NCBI GenBank assembly: GCA_048939625.1
Contig: JBHLPH010000004.1
Span: forward strand, 1-64,000
DNA from: Promethearchaeota archaeon
Lineage (GTDB): Archaea > Asgardarchaeota > Hermodarchaeia > Hermodarchaeales > Hermodarchaeaceae
Direction of reading: 5' to 3'
Length of the DNA: 64,000 nt
In this document: positions 39,123-47,244 of the stretch, piece by piece
Numbering within the stretch: the first letter of the stretch is position 1
How the letters are laid out: each line of letters begins with the position of its first letter
Program-made: the position numbers and the translations under genes
The notes under the pieces: generated by a model
The model's input: the letters and a program-made list of their open reading frames with translations, nothing else
Database searches by the model: none
Told to the model about the DNA's origin: nothing

Positions 39123-39974
39123 TTACGAGTATTCGTGAAATCCTTTACCAGATTTCATACCCAGTTCGCCTTTTTCCACCTTTTCCAACAGCAACTTAGG
39201 TGTGGAATAGCAATCACCAAAACCTTCGTGTAAGGTTTTTGCAGTTGCGGCAGCGATGTCCAATCCGACAAAGTCAGCTAGGGTCAAAGGACCCACAGGA
39301 TGATTAGCCCCAAGTTGCATAGCAGTATCGATATCTTCAGCCGTAGCAAGACCTTCCTGGAGAATCCGAATAGCTTCACCCATTAGAGCTCCAAGAATGC
39401 GGTTCACAATGAAGCCAGGTGAATCTTTTACCTTCACAGGCGTCTTATCGAGCTTTTTACTGAACGCAATCGCTGTTTCAATCGTTTCCTCAGAGGTCTT
39501 TTCTCCAACCACAATCTCCACTAATTTCATCGTGTACGGCGGATTGAAAAAGTGTGTTCCTACAACTTTCTCTGGACGCTTGGTTACAGTAGCCATTTCG
39601 GTAACACTAAGACTTGAAGTGTTGGTAGCAAAGATTGTGTCGGGGCGAGCGGCTGTATCCATTTTTTTAAAGAGTTCTTTTTTGGCTTCCATGTTTTCGT
39701 AGATGGCTTCAACAATCAGGTCGACATCTTTGACGGCTTCAGCGACATCAAGGACTGGTTTGATGCCGTCAACAATAGCTTTGGCTCCTTTCAGATCGAG
39801 TTTGCCCTTGTCAACGCCAGTTTTGACCATAGATTTGATTTTGTTCATGCCATTGGTGATGAATTCCTGTTTGATATCGTTGAGGTTGACTTCAATGCCG
39901 TATCGGGCAGCTTGGTAGGCGATGCCTGTGCCCATAGCACCCGCGCCGATAACGGCGATGCGTTTGATTTCCAT
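39123..39974 (-). CDS. hbd: 3-hydroxyacyl-CoA dehydrogenase
   Basis: GAGAMGTGIA, EAIYE, TNTSSL, HFFNP, PGFIVNR, GPLTLADFVGLD. Start 39974 follows an AAGGTGA SD. Confidence 0.95.
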   Translation of the reverse strand: MEIKRIAVIGAGAMGTGIAYQAARYGIEVNLNDIKQEFITNGMNKIKSMVKTGVDKGKLDLKGAKAIVDGIKPVLDVAEAVKDVDLIVEAIYENMEAKKELFKKMDTAARPDTIFATNTSSLSVTEMATVTKRPEKVVGTHFFNPPYTMKLVEIVVGEKTSEETIETAIAFSKKLDKTPVKVKDSPGFIVNRILGALMGEAIRILQEGLATAEDIDTAMQLGANHPVGPLTLADFVGLDIAAATAKTLHEGFGDCYSTPKLLLEKVEKGELGMKSGKGFHEYS

Positions 39975-40110
39975 TTTTTTCACCTTAATGGTATTCGACC
40001 ATGAGAAGTGTGTTAAAGTAGTTATGCGGAACTTGGTTGTCCTATTTTAATTCAACTAAGCATCGAAAATAGGACCCACCGAGAGAGTACAAAGAAAAGT
40101 TAGTAACGGA

Positions 40111-41484
40111 TTAGAGGAGTTCCTGTGTGCGAATACGCCGGAGTTGAAGTTTTAGTCGAACGAACCTGCGATCATATTCTGCTTCCGTAATAGAACCAGA
40201 GCTGAGTGCTGCTTCGAGTTGTTTCAGTTCTTCAACGATTTGTGCTTCGTTACTCGAAACGATATGCTCCAATGAAGCTGATGAGGAACGATGAGGTTGA
40301 GTGGCTTCTACAGTAACAGGTATGGGTGGCATGCGAGTAGAATGGATTCCTGGTTCTTCGGATGTTATTACCTGAGGTAGTTCTTGTGGAACAACTGTCG
40401 GTGCAAGTTCGGGTGGAGGTTCTTTCTTAGCTTCCATTTTCATTCGTGGTGCTATTACAGGTTTTTCAGATGGTTTCGCTAACATGAATTCGAGTTCTGA
40501 GATGAGTGCGGGGTTGAGGACGTATTTTTTGAGAACAGTTATTCCCGCGTTTTCGGGCTCGGTAATGTTGTGGCAGGAATGGCAGACGAAGATCATTTGA
40601 GGGTGTTTGAAAGAGGAATTACACTGGGGGCATTGGTATCCACGGAAGACCCGGAATTCAGCTTCGTCTCTGGTGCTGATGCCACAGCGGTTACAATAGA
40701 TTTCTTGGTCTTCGGTGATTTTGACACTAACTGTCCCGCAGGTCAGATGTTCGAAGAGCTCGACAGGCTGTGCAGAGGTTTGGCAGCCGGGGCAAAGGAT
40801 ATGGGGATGTAAGTGAAGAGAGTTGCATTTAGGACAAGCCAATGAACTATCAGTCGGTTCAGGAAGGAGGATGCCATAATCAGCTAGACATTCGAGGAGT
40901 TTCATGGCTTCCTCATCATCTAGTCCGGTAATAGAAGAGACGAGGGGATATGAATACCCGATTTTAGTTGTGGCTAGTTCTGGCATCAATTCTCCTTGTT
41001 GTCGAGAAAGAAGGGACTTGATGAGGATTCGGACTTTTTCTTCTCGGAGAATGGCAAGTTCTGCTAGATCTGAAGGCGCTTTACGGGTAGCAAACTCTTC
41101 AAGTTCACTAGTTATGACCTCAAGCAGTTCATTACGAAATTCAATGGTGACGGCTTTGAAGCCATCGGGTTCACGATGCTGATGTGCCAAGATAGGATCG
41201 ATTTGAGCCTCGAGGTTGTCAAAGAATGGATCATATCGGGCTTCGGGGTCCCGAGCACCAACAGCAAGTACCTTCATTAAGACGCGTCCTCGCCGAATGA
41301 GTAGTTTGAAATTCCCCATGGCAATGGAGCTCAATTTTCCTCCCGAAGTTTCTTGGGCGAAATCATGACTTGCTGCAATGAAACCTGAAAATAGATCGGG
41401 GTTAAAGGCGAATCCTGGCACGGTGATATGCGTGAGGAGTAGTCCACTGTTTGCATCGATTAGCCAGATGCCGTAAAGTACCAT
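40111..41484 (-). CDS. Longin-like domain + TackOD1-like multi-zinc-ribbon + SHOCT-like fusion protein
   Basis: N-terminal GIWLID..SGLLL...DLFSGFIAA..FAQE..GKLSSI.M; central YSYP, CPKC, CPGC, EHLTCG, CNRC, CPQC, CHSC; C-terminal L..GSITEAEY. Confidence 0.75.
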   Translation of the reverse strand: MVLYGIWLIDANSGLLLTHITVPGFAFNPDLFSGFIAASHDFAQETSGGKLSSIAMGNFKLLIRRGRVLMKVLAVGARDPEARYDPFFDNLEAQIDPILAHQHREPDGFKAVTIEFRNELLEVITSELEEFATRKAPSDLAELAILREEKVRILIKSLLSRQQGELMPELATTKIGYSYPLVSSITGLDDEEAMKLLECLADYGILLPEPTDSSLACPKCNSLHLHPHILCPGCQTSAQPVELFEHLTCGTVSVKITEDQEIYCNRCGISTRDEAEFRVFRGYQCPQCNSSFKHPQMIFVCHSCHNITEPENAGITVLKKYVLNPALISELEFMLAKPSEKPVIAPRMKMEAKKEPPPELAPTVVPQELPQVITSEEPGIHSTRMPPIPVTVEATQPHRSSSASLEHIVSSNEAQIVEELKQLEAALSSGSITEAEYDRRFVRLKLQLRRIRTQELL

Positions 41485-41504
41485 TGTGGCATACACCTCG
41501 CACT

Positions 41505-41598
41505 TGAAAGAATCCTGAATTAGAGGAGTGTCTTTCAGTTCCCGCAGATAACCAAAGATGCATAAAGCCGCGTTTTATCCGAGCTTTGGCAATTCTGC
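41505..41598 (-). other. Two tandem hairpins in the long leader of the longin-TackOD1 gene
   Basis: 41544-41598 has GCAGA/TCTGC, CCAAAG/CTTTGG and ATAAA/TTTAT pairings. 41505-41537 has TGAAAGA/TCTTTCA and TCCT/AGGA. Confidence 0.4.
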
Positions 41599-41673
41599 CT
41601 CTGCCGAACATCCCATTTAATACTGTTCCTTCTTGCGAATTTCCCAAAGAAAAATGGAGTTTCACGTAATCCG

Positions 41674-42486
41674 CTAGACTTGACATTGTCGACAGAAATT
41701 CGCAACTCGCAGCCCGGATTTCACCGAGGAAATCGTTGTTGAACACACAGGACAGCGTGCACCACCTTTCCCGTGCACCTGAAGAAAATCACGCACTTCA
41801 AATTGAAGTTCATCCCCAACTCGAGAAGAAATCGTTTTGATGGCATGTTGAAGCACCGATTTCATCGCTGAATATAACGTGTCGATTTCAGTTTCCGTTA
41901 AACTGGATCGCCTTCGAAAGGGTAACACATGGGCTGCAAACAAAATTTCATCTGCATAGGCATTGCCAAGACCAGCAATGAAACGTTGATTGACCAAGAC
42001 ATGTTTAATGAGCGCATTGAATTGCCGAATACGACTTCGAAACACAGCGAGTGTTAAAGCTGAATCAAGTGCATCTGGGCCTTGACTATCGTAGTTGGGG
42101 ATCAATGATGTGGGTTCTCCTTCAAATAATAGATAGAGTTTACCCATGTTTTTGGCATCAATATACCGTAAGTCCCAGCCAGTATCAAGTTGAAGCCGGA
42201 ATCCCATTTTTTTCTGTTTCTTCGTCGAAGGGGATTGAAGCCTGAGTCTTCCAGCAAGCATGAAATTAATGAATAATCGCGCTTCGGGGCTGAAATGAAA
42301 AATAAGGACCTTCCCGTAACGTGAGAAGGCTTTGAGGGAACGGTTTCGGAGTTCTTGATTGAATTGCTCTGCGGTGGGTCGCCGTAGTAGGATTGGGCTC
42401 CCGATTTCCGCGTGCTGGATAGTTCGTCCAGTGAGGGTCCGGTTGAGCACATCTTTGGCTACTTCAAGGTCTGGTAACTCGGGCAC
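41674..42486 (-). CDS. mutM: Fpg/Nei family DNA glycosylase/AP lyase
   Basis: N-terminal MPELPD, RYGK, H2TH GLGNAYADEILF, C-terminal zinc finger CPVC...CRQCQ. Confidence 0.92.
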   Translation of the reverse strand: MPELPDLEVAKDVLNRTLTGRTIQHAEIGSPILLRRPTAEQFNQELRNRSLKAFSRYGKVLIFHFSPEARLFINFMLAGRLRLQSPSTKKQKKMGFRLQLDTGWDLRYIDAKNMGKLYLLFEGEPTSLIPNYDSQGPDALDSALTLAVFRSRIRQFNALIKHVLVNQRFIAGLGNAYADEILFAAHVLPFRRRSSLTETEIDTLYSAMKSVLQHAIKTISSRVGDELQFEVRDFLQVHGKGGARCPVCSTTISSVKSGLRVANFCRQCQV

Positions 42487-42522
42487 AGTGCTCCGCTCGC
42501 ATCTATCTTTCCAGATGAGGAT

Positions 42523-43314
42523 TTAAGTGGGTTTTGTCTCGGGTTCCAGTTCTGGTTCAAGCGGTGGTCCGCCTTCACGTTTGAGCAACCAATACGCTAA
42601 GACAAGGAAGATGATGGCAAAGATGGCGAAAAGACATTCGGTAAGGATTCCAGCAATAATCGGATCCATTACTGGGTACAGGACATACTGCAGAATCATT
42701 AGTGGGATATAGTCAAACAGGAAGTGCACTAGTATCGCTAAGAATGCAAAGATGAAACGACTATGCCAGACCGCTAACGCAACAAGAATCGTTGCGGATA
42801 CATGGAAGATGATAGCAATATTCCGTTCAAAAGCCCCTAAGATGAAATTAAGGACCAGATAAGATTCAGGAGGTAAGGGAATGATGGTGATGAGGAATTC
42901 ATAGAGAAAGCCATAGGTCAAAACCGTAAGTACATAGAGTAGGAGCGCTTCACAAATCCCCCAGCCGAGACCAAAACTAAGGGCATGTTTAACGGTCTTG
43001 ATGAAGGAGGGATATTTTCTCACAAATCCGTATTTAATGCCCTCCTCAAAGAGCCCAGCTAAGAATGCTCCCAAAAAAATCATGAGAGCAATGTAGATAG
43101 CATAGAAAGGCGGGGTGATAGTAAGTCCCCAAAGATCGAGGACTAGAAGAATTGGTGTTCGAGCTAGTAAGGCAATAAACCAGAAGAGTCCACCAATGAA
43201 TGCTGATAGCCACATGCTCCCTTTAGAGCGAGCAATTAACAGAAACACGAGAAATGCAGGTAGGACGGCGATGAGGCTACCAATGATAGCGACAAGAATA
43301 AGAAACAGGCTCAT
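42523..43314 (-). CDS. YhfC/DUF2324 family intramembrane metalloprotease
   Basis: AGLFEEGIKY, FGLGWG..EA, FER..AIIFH, LVHFLFD. Confidence 0.88.
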   Translation of the reverse strand: MSLFLILVAIIGSLIAVLPAFLVFLLIARSKGSMWLSAFIGGLFWFIALLARTPILLVLDLWGLTITPPFYAIYIALMIFLGAFLAGLFEEGIKYGFVRKYPSFIKTVKHALSFGLGWGICEALLLYVLTVLTYGFLYEFLITIIPLPPESYLVLNFILGAFERNIAIIFHVSATILVALAVWHSRFIFAFLAILVHFLFDYIPLMILQYVLYPVMDPIIAGILTECLFAIFAIIFLVLAYWLLKREGGPPLEPELEPETKPT

Positions 43315-43454
43315 TCTTTACACCAATTTCTCCTTAGTAATAACATGCCATAAATAACTGTAGGCATGTTTAAGGATTCATCTTTTTACTACTCTAAGAA
43401 GTGGTGAAATCCTTAAAGGAAAGAACCGGCTCAACACTCCAGTAGGTGAATTTC

Positions 43455-44711
43455 ATGGTAGACCACAAAGTTCGAGATCTGGCTCTTGCTGAAACCGGTC
43501 GCAAGAAAATCGATTGGGCAGAATCGCAAATGCCTGTTCTCATGAGCATTCGAAAGAAATTCGCAAAATCTAAGCCCCTCGAGGGATTGCGGATTTCTGG
43601 TTGCCTCCATGTAACGAAAGAAACTGCAGTGCTGGTTGAAACCTTTGTTGCGGCAGGCGCAGAAGTCGCGTGGAGTGGTTGTAATCCCTTATCAACTCAA
43701 GATGATGTTGCCGCAGCATTAGTGGCAAATGATGTTTCGGTATTTGCTTGGCACAATCTAAACACGGAAGAATACTATTGGTGCATCGATCAAACGCTTA
43801 AGATTAACCCTCAACTAACCTTGGATGATGGCGCTGATCTTATTTTTCGTGTACATACCAAGCAACCCGAGTTAGTTGAGAAAATTCTCGGTGCATCTGA
43901 GGAAACCACCACGGGTGTCCATCGTCTTCGAGCGATGGCTGCGGATGGTAAACTCAAATACCCTGTCATTGCGGCTAACGATTCGGTGACGAAACGAGAA
44001 ATGGATAATATCTTTGGCACGGGGCAATCCGCGCTAGATGGTGTTCTTCGGGCCACAAATATCCTCTTTGCAGGCAGCACGGTTGTTGTCGGCGGATTTG
44101 GTCATTGTGGGCGAGGACTTGCCCAACGTGCTCGAGGGTTAGGTGCTGACGTCATTGTAACCGAGGTTGATTATCTTCAAGCCTTGAAGGCGCGTATGGA
44201 AGGGTATCGTGTGATGCCCATGATTGAAGCAGCTCGTCTTGGAGATGTATTTATCACGTCTACAGGCATGCGTGATGTGATTACCAAGGAGCATTTCAAA
44301 GTCATGAAGGACCGAGCAATTTTAGCAAATGCTGGTCACTTCAACGTTGAAGTCAATGCTGAAGAATTAGCAAAGATGGCTAAAAGTGAGCGTGTAATTC
44401 GGGAAAATAACCGCGAGTACACGTTGAAGGATGGGCGTCGGATTTACCTCTTAGGTGAAGGTCGATTGGTCAACCTTGCTGCTGCTGAAGGTCATCCATC
44501 ATCGGTGATGGACCTATCTTTTTCCAACCAGTTCTATGCGATGCTATACCTGAAAGAACATCATAAAGAGCTGTCTAACGAAGTCTATGTGCTTCCTCGA
44601 GAAATTGATCAAACCATTGCTAAATTGAAGCTCGACTCCATGGATATTAGTATCGACCAACTAACTCCCGAACAACAACGCTATCATCAAGCCTATGCAG
44701 AAGGCACCTAA
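43455..44711 (+). CDS. ahcY: Adenosylhomocysteinase
   Basis: GCLHVTKET, CNPLSTQD, DDGAD, EETTTG, GTGQS, GRLVNL...GHP. Confidence 0.97.
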   Translation: MVDHKVRDLALAETGRKKIDWAESQMPVLMSIRKKFAKSKPLEGLRISGCLHVTKETAVLVETFVAAGAEVAWSGCNPLSTQDDVAAALVANDVSVFAWHNLNTEEYYWCIDQTLKINPQLTLDDGADLIFRVHTKQPELVEKILGASEETTTGVHRLRAMAADGKLKYPVIAANDSVTKREMDNIFGTGQSALDGVLRATNILFAGSTVVVGGFGHCGRGLAQRARGLGADVIVTEVDYLQALKARMEGYRVMPMIEAARLGDVFITSTGMRDVITKEHFKVMKDRAILANAGHFNVEVNAEELAKMAKSERVIRENNREYTLKDGRRIYLLGEGRLVNLAAAEGHPSSVMDLSFSNQFYAMLYLKEHHKELSNEVYVLPREIDQTIAKLKLDSMDISIDQLTPEQQRYHQAYAEGT

Positions 44712-44797
44712 CCAATCAATCCTGCCCAACACGAGCACTTTTCAGTGAGAACCAATCGTAATCTAACCCCTAAACATGAACTGAAGGTGGATTCGGT

Positions 44798-45580
44798 TTG
44801 TCAGATGTAAAACCCTTTATGCTCGCCAAACTCACCTGGGAAGAAGCCAAAGCCCTCTTCGAAGAAACAGACATCGCCATCATTCCCGTCGGTTCCCAAG
44901 AGCAACATGGCCCGGCACTTCCGCTTGATAATGATGCCTTTCAAGCTCAAGAGTTTGCTTACCTTGTTGCGGATAAGCTTTGGCCAAAAATCAAAACCGC
45001 AATTGCACCCCTTATCTCCTATGGCGTCTCGCCTCATCATATGCCCTTTTCTGGCACCATCACCCTCCGACACGAGACCTTTATCGACCTGATTGTGGAT
45101 GTTGGAAAAAGTCTTGCACAGCACGGTGCAAAGAAAATCATCGTCATGAATAGCCATGGAGGCAACACAGCAGCCTTATCCATAGCTCTTCGAAAGCTTC
45201 ATGATGAGGAAAGTTTGTGGTGTGTGGGCATCGAATGGTGGAAAATCACTAGCGATTTAGTAAAAGAAACCTTTGAACCACCCCATTTCCATGCAGATGA
45301 AATGGAAACCTCCGTTGCCTGGGCTCTTGGGCAACGAGTGCTCGAAGACAAGCGCGTGGATGAACCCGGTCGCGAACCAATTCCCGGATTTACTAAAGCT
45401 ACTATGTTTCCCCCGCAACCCCACATCATGCCCATCTGGGATACTACTGACTTTACTGATTCGGGCACAATTGGGTATGCAACACGTGCTGACCCGAAAA
45501 AAGGTCAGAAAATTGTGGATGAGGCGATTAACCGCATTAGCGCATTTATCGAAAAAGTCGCTAAAACGAAAAAGAGCTAA
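44798..45580 (+). CDS. Creatininase/amidohydrolase family protein
   Basis: PVGSQEQHG, YGVSPHH, NSHGGN, HADEMETS. Confidence 0.9.
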   Translation: MSDVKPFMLAKLTWEEAKALFEETDIAIIPVGSQEQHGPALPLDNDAFQAQEFAYLVADKLWPKIKTAIAPLISYGVSPHHMPFSGTITLRHETFIDLIVDVGKSLAQHGAKKIIVMNSHGGNTAALSIALRKLHDEESLWCVGIEWWKITSDLVKETFEPPHFHADEMETSVAWALGQRVLEDKRVDEPGREPIPGFTKATMFPPQPHIMPIWDTTDFTDSGTIGYATRADPKKGQKIVDEAINRISAFIEKVAKTKKS

Positions 45581-45621
45581 TGTAGTACGGGATTCGGTTT
45601 TTTGGATTTGCTGAATTCACT

Positions 45622-46563
45622 TTACTCTGCAACTTCTTTCTCTTTTGTGAACCAGTAGAGAAGCAACACAATGGCCACTATAACAGAGATGGCAACTGCA
45701 AGAGGAGTTAGTAGGGGGAGAAGGGGTTGTGGAGGTATTTCGTTTACCACGCCCATGATGACTTGTGCGAGTTCAAGATTGCCTGCATAATCAAAAGCTA
45801 AAGCTTCAATTGCATAGACAAACCATCCAATTGCTGTCGTAGTATTCCAGGCATACGTGTATGGTGCTGAAGAAAACGTTCGGTTAATAATGGGATAGTC
45901 CGAAATGGACTGGGATTCTGTGATGGTGAGTTCAACTCTTTGAATGCTACTTCCTTCATCATAAGCACGGATTGTGATGTTAACTATGGTTCCACCAGGA
46001 ATAATCCTGGCATCTGGAGGACTATCAATTATCACCTGAGGTCTAGTCTCATCAATGATGGTGTAATGGTAGTAGGAACTGCCGTTCATTTGAATAGTTG
46101 AAAAGCTACTGATATCAGTGGCGTTGATATAGTATTCAACAAAACTTAGCCAAGGCTGTGCAGGTATTACAGTAGAATATTCAGCTCGGGTTATATTTGC
46201 CATTGGAATGGAAGTCCAGGTTCCATTATCTACTCGGTAGAAAAGAGTCACATGGCTAATGCTGCTCGTGTTTTCGAGTACGTCGCAGGTTATGATGGGA
46301 GTATCCGAATATTCGACCATCGATGGGTTCTGCGAAATATTACCAACAATTGGTCCTAGATTTAGCGATCTTGTTTTTTCTAGAACAGAAAGGAGTTTGA
46401 TTTCAGGAGTGTCAATTTGAGTAGCATATGAATTGTGGCAGTTTGAGGATGAAGGCGCGAGAAGTAGGATTCCAACCTTGGTAGGAGCTAGGTGTTGGAC
46501 ACTACTCGAAATAAGTAGTAAAGATGAGAAAAAAACAAGACCAAGTAAAAGAGACCGACGCAT
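45622..46563 (-). CDS. Secreted Ig-like-domain surface protein with C-terminal TM anchor
   Basis: Signal peptide MRRSLLLGL; VTLFYRVDNGTW...VEYYINATD and D.TRPQV...AFDYAGN beta-sandwich motifs; many NxS/T sequons; terminal TM. Confidence 0.8.
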   Translation of the reverse strand: MRRSLLLGLVFFSSLLLISSSVQHLAPTKVGILLLAPSSSNCHNSYATQIDTPEIKLLSVLEKTRSLNLGPIVGNISQNPSMVEYSDTPIITCDVLENTSSISHVTLFYRVDNGTWTSIPMANITRAEYSTVIPAQPWLSFVEYYINATDISSFSTIQMNGSSYYHYTIIDETRPQVIIDSPPDARIIPGGTIVNITIRAYDEGSSIQRVELTITESQSISDYPIINRTFSSAPYTYAWNTTTAIGWFVYAIEALAFDYAGNLELAQVIMGVVNEIPPQPLLPLLTPLAVAISVIVAIVLLLYWFTKEKEVAE

Positions 46564-46640
46564 TGTATCCCCAAATACTGTAAAATTACAAATGTAAATC
46601 AATACTTAACCAGATTCTTTAGGTTGCCTATATGCCAGTT

Positions 46641-47150
46641 TTAAATAACTTCGATAACATCTCTTTCCCGGACTTCTCGCTTGCTGCGAATGCCCATAAC
46701 GCCAGCGGCTAATCCTAAGAACACACCAATGAGGAGGCTAAAGCCTCCAAAGGCTATGGCGATGAAACTGATGAAGAGTGTAAAAATGGAGAACACGAGA
46801 ATAAGCGCAGCACCTGCTCGTCGGTTGATAAATCGCATAAGCGCAGCACCTAGCAGGAGCATGAGGGAATAGAAGATCGATACGCCAATCATGGTGCTCA
46901 TCATCATTAGCATCATTGCTTGGTAGGACAAGAACCAGGGGTCACCTCCAGGAGCCATCCAAAGGAGTGTTTGCCGGATGATTTCGGTGATTTGGTAAAT
47001 GGCAAAGAGATTGAACACGATAGCAAAGAGCGCAATGGCGGGTTCCCGGAGAGGCTTCTCAGGATCCCCTTTGATGAGTTCACTTACCAGAGTCTGTTTT
47101 TCCGAAAACACATTCCAGCCTCCAATGTCATTTACTATGAATAGGTTCAT
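46641..47150 (-). CDS. Hypothetical four-TM membrane protein
   Basis: Hydrophobic segments and a GGFSLLIG..LG..AG motif. Alternative start at GTG 47111 after GGAGG. Confidence 0.7.
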   Translation of the reverse strand: MNLFIVNDIGGWNVFSEKQTLVSELIKGDPEKPLREPAIALFAIVFNLFAIYQITEIIRQTLLWMAPGGDPWFLSYQAMMLMMMSTMIGVSIFYSLMLLLGAALMRFINRRAGAALILVFSIFTLFISFIAIAFGGFSLLIGVFLGLAAGVMGIRSKREVRERDVIEVI

Positions 47151-47244
47151 GTCCTAGAAGTAAAAGCTTTTAGGTATAGGCTCCTAAAGAAAAACCATTA
47201 GGGTTCGGAAGGGAATAGGGCTGTATCGATACACCATAAAACGA

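Noticed and set aside
42523-43314. YhfC protease as an APH-1 partner forming a proto-gamma-secretase with the presenilin
   Set aside because: The families are distantly related, but the genes are 33 kb apart, YhfC retains its catalytic motifs, and no nicastrin or PEN-2 is recognisable.
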